DNA of 64,000 bases from Bifidobacteriaceae bacterium. Its GTDB lineage: Bacteria; Actinomycetota; Actinomycetes; Actinomycetales; WQXJ01. How positions within the stretch are numbered: position 1 is the stretch's first letter; each line of letters begins with the position of its first letter. The notes under the pieces are model-generated. The model searched no databases. It was not told the DNA's origin and saw only the letters and a list, made by a program, of their open reading frames with translations. The stretch spans positions 7,183-71,182 of the forward strand of contig JAITFE010000035.1 in NCBI GenBank assembly GCA_031281585.1. Reading direction: 5' to 3'. Positions 9,349 to 18,916 of this stretch are shown piece after piece. The translations under genes were made by a program, and so were the position numbers.

Positions 9349-10407
9349 ATGACCAAAGTTCCGATTCGTCCCGCCGTCGCCGCGTTGCCGGCCTATCAGC
9401 CGGGCGCCCGGCCCTCCGGCCGGCTGGTCTACAAGCTTTCGTCGAACGAGTCGCCCTATCCGCCGCTGCCCGGAGTGATAGCCGCCGTGGCGGATTCGGC
9501 GGTCGACCTCAACCGGTATCCCACCATGTTGGCGGACGAACTGGTTGGCGCCGTGGCTCGTTTCCACGACTTGGAGCCCGGCCAGGTGGCGGTCGGGGCC
9601 GGATCCGTCTCCGTCCTGGCGCACATTCTGGCCGCCGTGGCCGGCGAATCGGACCGGGTCGCCTACCCGTGGCGCTCCTTCGAGGCCTACCCGATCCTGA
9701 CCGGCGTCACCGGCGCCCAATCCGTCCAGGTCCCGCTGGGCGCGGGCGGCCGCCTCGACCTGACGGCATTGGCCAAGGCCGTCGATGAGAGCACGCGGGC
9801 CGTTCTGGTTTGCTCGCCCAACAACCCCACCGGGCCGGCCGTCCGCCAGGACGAGTTCGACGCCTTCATGGCGTCAGTGCCGGACAGTTTGCTGGTGGTC
9901 CTAGACGAGGCGTACGTGGAGTTCGTGACGGACCCGGAGGCGGTGGACGGCATCGGCGGCTTGGCCAAACACCCCAACCTGGTGGTGTTGCGGACTTTCT
10001 CGAAGGCTTATGGGCTGGCCGGGCTGCGGGTCGGCTACGCGCTGGGACGGCCGCGCGTGATCGAGGCGATCCGGGCCGTGACAACGCCGTTCTCGGTTTC
10101 GGCGATGGCGGAGCTGGCCGCGATCACGTCGTTGCAACTGCAAGACGAAATGCGCCGAAGGGTGGCCGAGGTGGTGGCCCGCCGCGCGTTCATGTACGAG
10201 GGCCTGGTCGCGCAAGGCTGGGACCTGCCGGAGCCCCAAGGCAACTTCGTGTGGCTTGACCTGGGCGTGGACTCGGCGCCTTTCGCCGACGCGTGCCGGC
10301 GGGCGGGCGTGCTGGTGCGGCCCTTCCCCGACCAGGGCGTGCGCGTTTCGGTGGGCGAGCAAGAAGGCGCGGAACGCTTCCTTGAGGTGGCCTCGACCTG
10401 GGTGTAG
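9349..10407 (+). CDS. Histidinol-phosphate/aromatic aminotransferase (class II)
   Basis: The motifs LSSNESPYPP, CSPNNPTG and RTFSKAYGLAGLRVGY (PLP-lysine) are present. The ATG at 9349 follows the sequence GAAGGC. Confidence 0.88.
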   Translation: MTKVPIRPAVAALPAYQPGARPSGRLVYKLSSNESPYPPLPGVIAAVADSAVDLNRYPTMLADELVGAVARFHDLEPGQVAVGAGSVSVLAHILAAVAGESDRVAYPWRSFEAYPILTGVTGAQSVQVPLGAGGRLDLTALAKAVDESTRAVLVCSPNNPTGPAVRQDEFDAFMASVPDSLLVVLDEAYVEFVTDPEAVDGIGGLAKHPNLVVLRTFSKAYGLAGLRVGYALGRPRVIEAIRAVTTPFSVSAMAELAAITSLQLQDEMRRRVAEVVARRAFMYEGLVAQGWDLPEPQGNFVWLDLGVDSAPFADACRRAGVLVRPFPDQGVRVSVGEQEGAERFLEVASTWV

Positions 10408-10684
10408 GCGGCTAAGCGCCGTCCGGGACCGCGCCCTGCCGCCGGCGGCTCCCCGCTCCGGGGTGCCCCCGCGAGCTTCGCGGCGGCGCTTCGTGCGGTT
10501 CTTTTTCCGCGAGCGGGGCAGGTGCCCGCTCTCCGGCCCCGCCGACTGAAAAAAGGGCACGCGCCCCCACCCCCGACCGGGCGGAGACAACGTCAAGCGC
10601 CGTTTCCGCCCGGCCTTGTGTTGGCGATGCGGGAAGGACCGCCGGCAGATTCTCGCGACCGTGCAAGTCACGTACAATCGAAAC

Positions 10685-10966
10685 ATGTCGCCAGTGAGCG
10701 CCCGAACAAGCCGCTTCGAAGGTCGATTGGATCCAGAGTCTGATGAGGCCATCACCAAGGCGGCGAGGATAGTTGGCCAGTCCAAGGGCGCCTTCATGGT
10801 GGCTGCGGCACGCGCCGAGGCAGACCGCGTGTTAGGCCGGGCAGATGTCACGCTGATGCCCGCAGAGCAATTCGACGCCCTGGTGGCGGCACTGGATGAT
10901 CCGGGTCCCGTTCCGGAAGCGTTGGAGCGGGCCTTGAGGCGGCCGCATCGGGTTGTCCAGCGGTGA
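10685..10966 (+). CDS. tacA: DUF1778 (TacA-like) RHH antitoxin
   Basis: The 93-aa protein has RFEGRLDPESDEAITKAARIVGQSKGAFMVAAARAEADRVL, typical of DUF1778. It overlaps the downstream GNAT gene by 4 nt. Confidence 0.8.
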   Translation: MSPVSARTSRFEGRLDPESDEAITKAARIVGQSKGAFMVAAARAEADRVLGRADVTLMPAEQFDALVAALDDPGPVPEALERALRRPHRVVQR

Positions 10967-11466
10967 CAGCCTGGGTTTCTGAACGCGTCAACCGGGGTCA
11001 CGAACTCGATTCCTTCGATTGCGGCGTCACGGCGCTCAACGCGTGGCTCCGGCGGGACGCGCTTCGGGCCGACAGGCAGAACACGGCCCGGACCTATGTG
11101 TGGACCCAAGAGAACTCGACCATCGTTCGCGCCTACTACGCGATCGCTCCGACCACAGTTCGCAAGACCGGCGTGCCGCGGTCCGTCAGAGGCGGCCACA
11201 CGAACCTGCCCTCCTACTTGCTGGCGCGACTGGCGTTGGACCAGTCGCTGCAGGGGCGCGGCTTGGGCGCGGCTCTGCTATTGGATGCCCTCCGGAGAGT
11301 CGACGGCGCGGTCGCCCAGGCCGGTGGCCGACTGCTGGTGGTGGACGCCGCCAGCGCGGCCGCCGCAGACCTTTGCCGGCACTTTGGGTTCGTCCAGATT
11401 GGCGATTCCAACCGCTGCCACCTGCGTGCCAGCGTCATCCGAATGCTGTTGGCCCAGAGCCCCTGA
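10963..11466 (+). CDS. tacT: GNAT-family acetyltransferase toxin (TacT-like)
   Basis: FDCG...LNAWL, YYAIAP and RLALDQSLQGRGLGAALLLDAL (acetyl-CoA site) are present. The GTG start forms a GTGA overlap with the antitoxin stop. Confidence 0.8.
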   Translation: MTAWVSERVNRGHELDSFDCGVTALNAWLRRDALRADRQNTARTYVWTQENSTIVRAYYAIAPTTVRKTGVPRSVRGGHTNLPSYLLARLALDQSLQGRGLGAALLLDALRRVDGAVAQAGGRLLVVDAASAAAADLCRHFGFVQIGDSNRCHLRASVIRMLLAQSP

Positions 11467-11525
11467 AGTCCGCCACGGCTCCTCGCGGCGAGCGGTTCGC
11501 CAGCCGTTGTCGTGGCGGCCAGTAC

Positions 11526-11963
11526 CTACCGGTCGGGTTGGGGCGCCTTCGCGGCGGGTCGCCAGGCGGTCTTGCGTATCCATGTCCAGGTGACGCCCGA
11601 GCCGATTAGGACCGGGCCCGCGCCGCCCACCAGAGGCCGGCCGTTTGACAGGGCGAGCAAGAGCGTTCCGCCCCCGGCGCACAGCGCGCCAATCCCGAAC
11701 AGCTTGGACAGCCCAGCCTTGGCGCCGCGCGCCACCAGCAGCGCCGCGGCGAACGAGCCGACCGCCAGCGTTCCGAGCATGACCCCGGCTTCCCGAGGGC
11801 TCAGCCCGAACTCGTGCGTGAACAGCGAATACGAGAGCAGGAGCACGGTGGACAACGCCAGTGTCGCGAACACGTCCACGACCAGGAGCGCCTCGAACAC
11901 GGGCACGCGGAAAATGACCAACCCGGCCACGACCGGGGAGGCGACGGACGCGACCGACCGCAC
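11526..11963 (-). pseudogene. Probable C-terminal fragment of an MFS transporter
   Basis: A 145-aa ORF made of 3-4 hydrophobic helices with no N-terminal half. It sits inside the island. Confidence 0.35.
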
Positions 11964-12187
11964 GGACGAGTCGAGTCCGGCGAACCGGATCAGCCCGGCC
12001 TCGTCCCGTCTGAACGCCTCGGCACGAAGCGCTGTCGGCCCTCACTTAGGGTCGGGTGTCGTGTCCCCAGGTTGTTCATGGATCGCCGTAACCCGGTTGG
12101 CCCATGGGCGGTGTGGGGCTGGTCTCCCGGAAGCTGACGCCGGCTGGTGAGTGGCAGAGCGTCGCGGTTCACGGTAAGACAGACTGC

Positions 12188-13492
12188 ATGATGAGCAGGC
12201 GCGGCAAGAATCCACCCGCTGTACCCAAGTCGGGAGTGGACGGTTCGCTCACGCCCCACAAATGGCTGCTCGCCGGGGCCATAGCGACTGCGCTGGTCGG
12301 CCTGGGCGTCGCAGGCGGTGTGTTCTTCGCGCTCCGGTGGGCCTTCCCCTCCCCGGTTGGAGTTAGTGCCGACGAGTGGCTCTACAACCTGGTGAGATCG
12401 ACCATTGCCGCAGTCGGGGTGCTGACTGGGGGCGGGGCGGCGTTCATCGCCTATCGGCGCCAGCGCTCTATTGAAGCTCAGAACAAACTCGACCAAGCGC
12501 AGAACCGAATTGACCAAACTCGATCGGAAACCGACCGGTATGCCCGCGCGGTCGACCAACTCGGCAACCCTGCCGCCGCGATCCGACTGGGCGGTATCTA
12601 CGCCCTGGAGCACCTGGCGAAAGACTCGACGCCGAATCAGCAGATGATCGTGGAGGTACTTGCTGGCTTTACGCGCAACCGCATGGCGGAAACTGCGGAA
12701 ACCCATTGGCAAAGGGAGGATGTGTCAAATGGCCCAATCACAGCCTGCTGCGAACCGACCCACGAAGCACTTGCGAGAATCCCAACGGACGTCAAAGCGG
12801 CCCTTACTGTCCTCTCGCGTCTGGCCAGCAAACGCGGCGCACCCCCGGGTGATTTGAGCCACGTCAGTCTGTCAAGAGCCGACCTGCCCGAGTTCACGAT
12901 CGCGAATTTGAACCTATTCGGTGCGGACTTGCGTGAAGCGAACCTGCGCGGGGCGGACCTTTCCCGATCAAGTCTCCGCAATGCCAACCTGATGCGTGCG
13001 GATCTGTCCCACGCGTGTTTGGGCGGCGCGGACTTGTCGCGCGCTGATGCGGGTGGGGCGAACCTGCGCGAAGCGGACTTACGTGAGGCAGACCTGCGCG
13101 AAGCGGATCTGCACGGAACGGACCTGCGGCGTGCGAAGTGTTCCCGCGCCAACATGAGCGGTGCGGGCCTGGGCGGCGCGAATCTGGCCCGGGCGGACCT
13201 GGCCGGGACGGACCTGACCGGCGTAAGCTTGCGCGGCGCAAGACTTCACCAGGCGGATCTGACCGGCGCGGATCTTCGTGGCGCGAACCTCACACAGGCG
13301 GATCTCGCTGACGCGGTTTTGGCTAACGCCGACTTTGCCGGTGCGGATATGGCCGGTGCAAACTTGGCGCGGGTGGCGCTATCTGGGGAGCAGGCGGCGT
13401 ATGCGCGCACGCGACATGCCTTAAACGTGTTGGATGACGCCGAATCCCTTCCCGGCCCCACGGTTCCCGCGAAACAACGAGCAACCGATTGA
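12188..13492 (+). CDS. Membrane-anchored pentapeptide-repeat protein
   Basis: It has two N-terminal TM helices and a linker with LGNPAAAIRLGGIYALEHLAKDS. About 200 aa of A(D/N)LxG-type pentapeptide repeats follow (ADLREANLRGADLSRSSLRNANLMRADL...). The ATG pair is at 12188/12191. Confidence 0.85.
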   Translation: MMSRRGKNPPAVPKSGVDGSLTPHKWLLAGAIATALVGLGVAGGVFFALRWAFPSPVGVSADEWLYNLVRSTIAAVGVLTGGGAAFIAYRRQRSIEAQNKLDQAQNRIDQTRSETDRYARAVDQLGNPAAAIRLGGIYALEHLAKDSTPNQQMIVEVLAGFTRNRMAETAETHWQREDVSNGPITACCEPTHEALARIPTDVKAALTVLSRLASKRGAPPGDLSHVSLSRADLPEFTIANLNLFGADLREANLRGADLSRSSLRNANLMRADLSHACLGGADLSRADAGGANLREADLREADLREADLHGTDLRRAKCSRANMSGAGLGGANLARADLAGTDLTGVSLRGARLHQADLTGADLRGANLTQADLADAVLANADFAGADMAGANLARVALSGEQAAYARTRHALNVLDDAESLPGPTVPAKQRATD

Positions 13493-13733
13493 CGCAAGAC
13501 AAGTCGGGCTTTGCCCGCGGACAGCCGTCGCTGTGTCATCTGCCTTGGGGGCTTTGCCTTGCTGGCGCTGTTTCCCCGCTACACGGCCGCAGTTCGCCGC
13601 TCCGTTGATCGCCCACCGACGCCCGCGGTCGGTCGGCGGCCTGCTGAGCAGGAACCGGCCTGATCTCCGGCGCTCCCGCTTCGGCGTGCCCGGCACTCTT
13701 GGTTGCGGCGCTGGCGGCAAGACGGGTTTGATT

Positions 13734-15197
13734 GTGCTCGTGGAAAAGGTGTTGATCTTGCCGGGGATCGGGGCTTCGTGTCTTGAGCCGGCGGATGGAC
13801 GGTGGCGTTTCGGTCCTGGTCTGCCGGCGGGAGCGGTGATCAGCCCGGACCGTCTAGCGCTGGCCGATGACAACCCGCTCCAACCGGTCGGAGTCCTCAA
13901 TCGGTGCATCGGCGTGCAGCATTTGGCCGTTGTGCCGGGCTACGATCTGCTGGCGCGGAGGATGAGCAAAGCAGGGGTTGCTGGGCGGGCTACTGTGGCC
14001 AAGGGTCCGAACCCCGCCGACGATTTCGACCGGCAAGCGCAGGTGATTATTGTCCCGTACGATTTCCGGCGCTCAAACGCCGAGTCGGCCCGATGGCTGG
14101 CGCGAGTTGTGAACGAGTGCCTTTCGAGCGAGGACCATGTCACAGTGGTGGCTCATTCGATGGGGGGCTTGGTGGCCAGCTATTGGTTTGCGGTGCTTGG
14201 CGGTTGGCGGCGTTGCCGCAGCCTGATCACGGTCGGCACACCTCATCGGGGCGCTCCCAAAGCGCTCGATTGGCTGGTCAACCCGACGCGGTCGCCACTG
14301 CGCCGACCGGCCGTAACAGAGGTTTTCCGGACCTGGGACTCAATGTGGGAACTGCTGCCGGACTATCCCATGTTGGAGTCTGACGGACAGTGGCGGATTC
14401 CGGCCGAGGTGCCGAATATCGACGACTTGACATTCGATGGTTTCGGGCGGCGGGCGCGGCGGGCGTTGAAGTTTCATCGGATGCTTGACAGCGCCTGGCG
14501 GGACTTGGACCTTGAACAGCAGCGCAAGCTCACTTGTCTGCTGGGGTTTGGGCACGCGACGCCTTCGTCGGCGGGCGTACGTGGATCGGGCGGCCGATTG
14601 AGGCTGGCGATTTCCAATCAACCGCCTCCCGCGCAAGTCGACGGTCCTGTGCTTCACGGCGGGGACCACACCGTCCCGCATTACTCATCTTGGATAGAGG
14701 TCGACCAGGTGATGCCTGAGACCTTGCCGGACCGACATGCGCCCCTTTGGAACACATCGGCGGTCGCCTCGAAGGCCTTGGCGCCTCTCGTCCCCCGGCT
14801 CGGGCATGTTCGCGGCGAGCCGGCGGCCCGGCCGGGGTGGGTGTTGGATACCGACCTACCGGATGAGCTGCCGTTGGGTCAGGCCCAACAAATCCGCGCC
14901 AAGGTTGGCCGCAGTTCGCATTGTTCGAGCGGCGGTGTGGCGCCACTCGGGTCTGGTAACCCCAGCGAAAAAGCGGAAGGACTGGAAGGATCTGCCGCGC
15001 AACTGGAAATATGTCGTGTGAATCCGGCGTCCCAGCCGTGCATCGTCAACCTGTGCGCCGACGGTCAGGGTCGTTGGAGAGGCGAGTTTCCCGCGCTGCG
15101 TGACGAGGGTGTCTACTTGGTCACCTGCCGCGTCGCTGCGGGGAGTAACCTGATCGAAGACACGCAACTGGTGGTCGCCATTCCCGCGCCCGAATAG
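13734..15197 (+). CDS. PGAP1/LCAT-like alpha/beta hydrolase (putative lipase/esterase)
   Basis: VTVVAHSMGGLVASYW (GxSxG), ITVGTPHRGAPKA and HGGDHTVPHYSS (Asp/His region) are present. The start is uncertain (GTG at 13734, 13740 or 13749). The ORF upstream to 13434 is Arg/Pro-rich and likely non-coding. Confidence 0.7.
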   Translation: MLVEKVLILPGIGASCLEPADGRWRFGPGLPAGAVISPDRLALADDNPLQPVGVLNRCIGVQHLAVVPGYDLLARRMSKAGVAGRATVAKGPNPADDFDRQAQVIIVPYDFRRSNAESARWLARVVNECLSSEDHVTVVAHSMGGLVASYWFAVLGGWRRCRSLITVGTPHRGAPKALDWLVNPTRSPLRRPAVTEVFRTWDSMWELLPDYPMLESDGQWRIPAEVPNIDDLTFDGFGRRARRALKFHRMLDSAWRDLDLEQQRKLTCLLGFGHATPSSAGVRGSGGRLRLAISNQPPPAQVDGPVLHGGDHTVPHYSSWIEVDQVMPETLPDRHAPLWNTSAVASKALAPLVPRLGHVRGEPAARPGWVLDTDLPDELPLGQAQQIRAKVGRSSHCSSGGVAPLGSGNPSEKAEGLEGSAAQLEICRVNPASQPCIVNLCADGQGRWRGEFPALRDEGVYLVTCRVAAGSNLIEDTQLVVAIPAPE

Positions 15198-15260
15198 CAG
15201 CGGGATCTGCGGTGCCAGCGCATCATCACAGCCCCAAGATCAGAGCGGAGCACCGGCCCC

Positions 15261-18200
15261 ATGAACGCTTCGGATTCCACGCACGGGAGCGGCGCTTGGC
15301 CGCCTTGGAACCCTGACCACCCGCTCGACCTTGCGCGTTACGTGTCACCTGTCACCGTGCGCAGCTTGGCCGGCGCTGCCCGAGCCGGGCGCGCAGGCCT
15401 GCCCGGGAGCGAGCAAGGCAGCGCACGACTAGACCGGGCGCGGGAATGCTTCGACGGCTTGCGATCAGTCGAGATTCGCTACGCTGATGAGCGTTTTCGG
15501 GTCGATTCCCGCCAAGACATAGCGACGCCGTGGGAATTGCTGCACGCGCTGAAGCGAGGCAACTGCCTCGACGTGTCGCTGATCTACGCGGCTGCCTGCC
15601 TGGACGCCCGGCTACACCCCTGGCTGGTGGTGGTTGAATCCGCTGACCAGGACGCTCAGCACGCCTTGGTGCTGGTTGACCTCCTGGCGGACTGGCCACC
15701 GAATGAGATTGAATGGGTTGAACGGGCCGATCGCTTGGTATTGGATGAGCCGCCTGCTGGCCTACTCGAACAAGTCCGCTCCCAGCCTGGCGCGGTCATG
15801 GCCCGTTGGCTGCCGGTCGATGTGGCCACCATGCTGCGCCGTCGGGGCGCTGAAGGCCAGTCCGGGGACTTCGAGCGTGCGGTGGAGCGGGGCCGGGAGT
15901 ACCTAAATGAAGGTTGGCGCTGGTTGTCGGGCGTCGACATCGGGCGCGGCTTTGACCCTGAACAGTGCCACCTCAATGTCGAACCCCCGGCTCGATCACC
16001 GATCGAAGCGCCTTACCGGGAAACGGAGCAGTTCAGCCGCTGGGTGGAGCGCGGAGACCTCAGGCTGTTCGACCCGCGGCGACCGCTGGTGCCGTTTGTC
16101 GACCGGCCCGAATACGGCACGCTGCGGGATTTCTTCGCCGAGCCGGCCGAGGCGGACAAATCGTTGCTTCGCGTGGCGGTGCTTTACGGGCCGGGCGGCG
16201 CAGGGAAGACCCGGCTGGCCTCGGAACTGGCGGACGATCTGAGCCGGTGCGGCTGGCTGACGGGATTCGCGCGCGAAGACTCCGCCATTGAGCAGCGCGA
16301 ATGGCTCTCCTGGACTACGGCGAACCTCCTGGTCGTGGTGGACTACGCGGAGGCCTCGGACGTGCTGAGCGGCTCGGGGCGCTCTCTAGTGGCTATCCTG
16401 GGCGAACGACCTGTCGGCACCCGCACATGCGTCTTGCTGACGTCTCGTCATCATTCAGACAACTTTCAGGCGACAGCCGAGTGGTGGGACACAATCCGCA
16501 AGTCGCTTACGGAGACCCCGGCGGCCACCCCCATGTCGGTTCCTTTGCCAGCCCGTCTGAGTTCACACCGTTCGCTGTTCCGACGTGCGCTGAGGGCCTT
16601 CGCGGGCCAGGGAGGCGCTTCTGACCGTCAGTGGGAAGTCGACCCGGGATGGTCGGCTCTGGAAATCATGCTGGCAGCTTGGGCCGCGAGCCGCCCGGAT
16701 GCGCCAGCCGCCCGCCCATCGCGTTCCGAGTTGTATGACACGGTGATCGACCACGAATTGGAGTACTGGCGGCGAACGCTGGACACTACCTTTGACTTGC
16801 GAGTCCCGATCGGTTTGCTCAGGGAAGTCGCCGCCTGCATCGCGTTGACGGCACCCAAAACGAGCCGCCTGCGGTTCCTCCTTGAATCCTGCACCGCCCT
16901 GCGCGGGCAGGCAGTGGTGGAGCGCAAACTGGCGGTGGCCTCCGCCATGGACGCGCTGCTGACAGAGCAGGCGGGCGGGGAACACGGGAAACCCGAGTTG
17001 GCGCAGTGCTCGTGGCGTGGACCAGCCCTCGGCTCGGACACCTCCGGTCTTTCCATCCGCCCCGATCGTGTGGCTGAACGCCTCGCCCTGGACGTGTTCT
17101 ACGCCGACCTTCAACAGGACCGGACGGGCTCTGCGGGCGAAGACAGCGAGCCGCTGATCACCCGGCTGCTCGCTCGAACCAATGACGCTGAGCGGTCAAC
17201 CGCCTTGATGACGATCCACCGCATGGCCGAATCAGACTCAGTCGCCGCCGCCCGCCTAGCCCAGGCTGTCTTGGCCACCGACCCAGGCCGCTGGCGAGAA
17301 GCCTTCGAAATCGCGTTACAAGCCGGTGGTCCCTTCGCGTCGGCGTTGGAGCGCGTCGCCACGGACAGCCCGGACCAGCTTCCGATGGAGCAAATCGCGA
17401 ACGAGATTCCCCAGGGCCATGCCTACCTGCGTCAGTTGGCCCTACTCGGCCACATGGCGGCCAACCGCGACGAAAGGGAATATGACGACGCTCGCCGCGC
17501 GAAAGCCAGCCTTGAACGTGCGGTGCGGCTAGCCGACGTCGGCTCACGTACAGAAGCGGTACAGGTGGCCCGCGAGGCGCGTGACCTGTATGCCCGGTTG
17601 GCCGAGGCGAACCCGGCGGCGTTCTTGCCGAACTTGGTTGACGTCACTTGCAACTGGATGCGAATGCTCGGCGGTGACCTTTCGCTGGTCAACATGGGGG
17701 CCCTCATGGGCGGCCTAGCTCCCGGACCGGCTGCCGAATTGTTGGTGCTTTGCGGCGCCAGGTTTGCGGATTCTGGCTCACGCACCACTGTCAGCTGGGG
17801 TTTTCTTAGCCTGGCCATTGATTTAGCATCCCGCGAAGCGGACCCGATGTGGGCGGCCCGGTCACGCCAGGTTGTCAGGGCGGTCTCCAGCCAACTCCGC
17901 CTTGATCCATCCTCAATCGCTCCAGACGATCCGCCGGCCTGGCTGGTCGCCACGATTGACGAGCGGACAGTGGCCGCCTTGGAAGCTTGGGCAAGCGAGG
18001 CGACCTGGAGCCGCCGGGCGGAACTGATCCTCGACCAGGCCGGTCCTGTTTTCAACGATGCCGCGACGCTCGAGGCGTTGAGCCAGCTCCACCCTGACCA
18101 GCGGTGGCTTGAGGCGCTCATCGCGCTCAAGCAGCCCTTCGAAGAAGGCAGCCTTCGGGAGACGCTCAAGGGATTGGTTGAACAAGAAGCGGCCGTCGCG

Positions 18201-18794
18201 TTGCTTAATGGCTGGTTCAGGACGGAGTCTTGGGCTGACTCCGAAGAGTACTTGAAGCGCCATCGGCAGGAACTCGACTCGCCGACCGCCCGGCGTGTGC
18301 TGGCCGAACTCGCGAGCAACCACACTGATGAACCGTCGCGGATCACGCTGGAAGCCACTCGCCATTTGGGTATCTTGACGCTGCTGGACGCGGGTGTAGC
18401 CGCAGCCGATGTGTATGACATGGTCGAAGACCGATCGACCGCATCAGACCGTGCCATGAACGCCCTTCGGCAAGCCGACGGCGGCATGTTGGTCGCTATC
18501 GTTATGGCGGCGCCGGCCGTCGGCGTTCCGGGGACGCTGACCGGCGCACTTCTGCCGCTCGCGTTTACCTGGTTGTTGCCCGGCGATGGACACGAAACAG
18601 ACGATGAGGCAGAGACTCCTGGCGGTCCCCGCTTGACACCGGAAGCGATCGCGGAAACGATCAGACCCGACCGCGCGCCTATCGCGATCTCCACCTTGAG
18701 GCACCTGATCAAAGCGAGACCGGACCTGGCCCCAAGGATCGAGCCCTACGTCGCCGCATTGGTCGGCGCAAGCGTGGAGCCAGTCAGTGAATGA
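15261..18794 (+). CDS. Transglutaminase-like domain / P-loop STAND-type NTPase / helical-repeat protein (1177 aa)
   Basis: Cys102 (KRGNCLDVSLIYAAAC), His134 (DAQHALV) and Asp140 (LVDL) are spaced like a transglutaminase/papain-like core. Walker A is GPGGAGKT (aa 310-317) and Walker B is LLVVVDYAE (about aa 356-364). About 800 aa of helical TPR-like C-terminus follows. The ATG has GGAG upstream. Confidence 0.8.
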   Translation: MNASDSTHGSGAWPPWNPDHPLDLARYVSPVTVRSLAGAARAGRAGLPGSEQGSARLDRARECFDGLRSVEIRYADERFRVDSRQDIATPWELLHALKRGNCLDVSLIYAAACLDARLHPWLVVVESADQDAQHALVLVDLLADWPPNEIEWVERADRLVLDEPPAGLLEQVRSQPGAVMARWLPVDVATMLRRRGAEGQSGDFERAVERGREYLNEGWRWLSGVDIGRGFDPEQCHLNVEPPARSPIEAPYRETEQFSRWVERGDLRLFDPRRPLVPFVDRPEYGTLRDFFAEPAEADKSLLRVAVLYGPGGAGKTRLASELADDLSRCGWLTGFAREDSAIEQREWLSWTTANLLVVVDYAEASDVLSGSGRSLVAILGERPVGTRTCVLLTSRHHSDNFQATAEWWDTIRKSLTETPAATPMSVPLPARLSSHRSLFRRALRAFAGQGGASDRQWEVDPGWSALEIMLAAWAASRPDAPAARPSRSELYDTVIDHELEYWRRTLDTTFDLRVPIGLLREVAACIALTAPKTSRLRFLLESCTALRGQAVVERKLAVASAMDALLTEQAGGEHGKPELAQCSWRGPALGSDTSGLSIRPDRVAERLALDVFYADLQQDRTGSAGEDSEPLITRLLARTNDAERSTALMTIHRMAESDSVAAARLAQAVLATDPGRWREAFEIALQAGGPFASALERVATDSPDQLPMEQIANEIPQGHAYLRQLALLGHMAANRDEREYDDARRAKASLERAVRLADVGSRTEAVQVAREARDLYARLAEANPAAFLPNLVDVTCNWMRMLGGDLSLVNMGALMGGLAPGPAAELLVLCGARFADSGSRTTVSWGFLSLAIDLASREADPMWAARSRQVVRAVSSQLRLDPSSIAPDDPPAWLVATIDERTVAALEAWASEATWSRRAELILDQAGPVFNDAATLEALSQLHPDQRWLEALIALKQPFEEGSLRETLKGLVEQEAAVALLNGWFRTESWADSEEYLKRHRQELDSPTARRVLAELASNHTDEPSRITLEATRHLGILTLLDAGVAAADVYDMVEDRSTASDRAMNALRQADGGMLVAIVMAAPAVGVPGTLTGALLPLAFTWLLPGDGHETDDEAETPGGPRLTPEAIAETIRPDRAPIAISTLRHLIKARPDLAPRIEPYVAALVGASVEPVSE

Positions 18795-18895
18795 GCCACA
18801 ATCATCGGCTCCTGTAGGTAGTTCCGGGCGGTCAGCCCTCAGGCCTGAAAGGAGAGCACCCCAATCCGAACCGACGGCCCTCCCCGTCTCCCAAG

Positions 18896-18916
18896 GGCCG
18901 GGCGGCCGGTTTTTTG
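18896..18916 (+). terminator. Possible intrinsic terminator after the NTPase gene
   Basis: A short GC stem, CCGG-gcgg-CCGG, extendable by G-U pairs, is followed by TTTTTT. It lies about 100 nt after the stop at 18794. Confidence 0.4.

Noticed and set aside
10510-10532. Hairpin GAGCGGG-gcaggtg-CCCGCTC after the hisC-like gene, considered as a terminator or att site.
   Set aside because: The T-run precedes the stem on the plus strand rather than following it. No similarity to the tRNA-Arg 3' end was found.
13434-13733. Upstream extension of the hydrolase ORF (start at 13434, overlapping the pentapeptide gene).
   Set aside because: The first 100 aa are Arg/Pro/Cys-rich with no hydrolase features. 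The conserved beta-strand-1 sequence (LILPGIG) begins right after the GTG cluster at 13734-13749.
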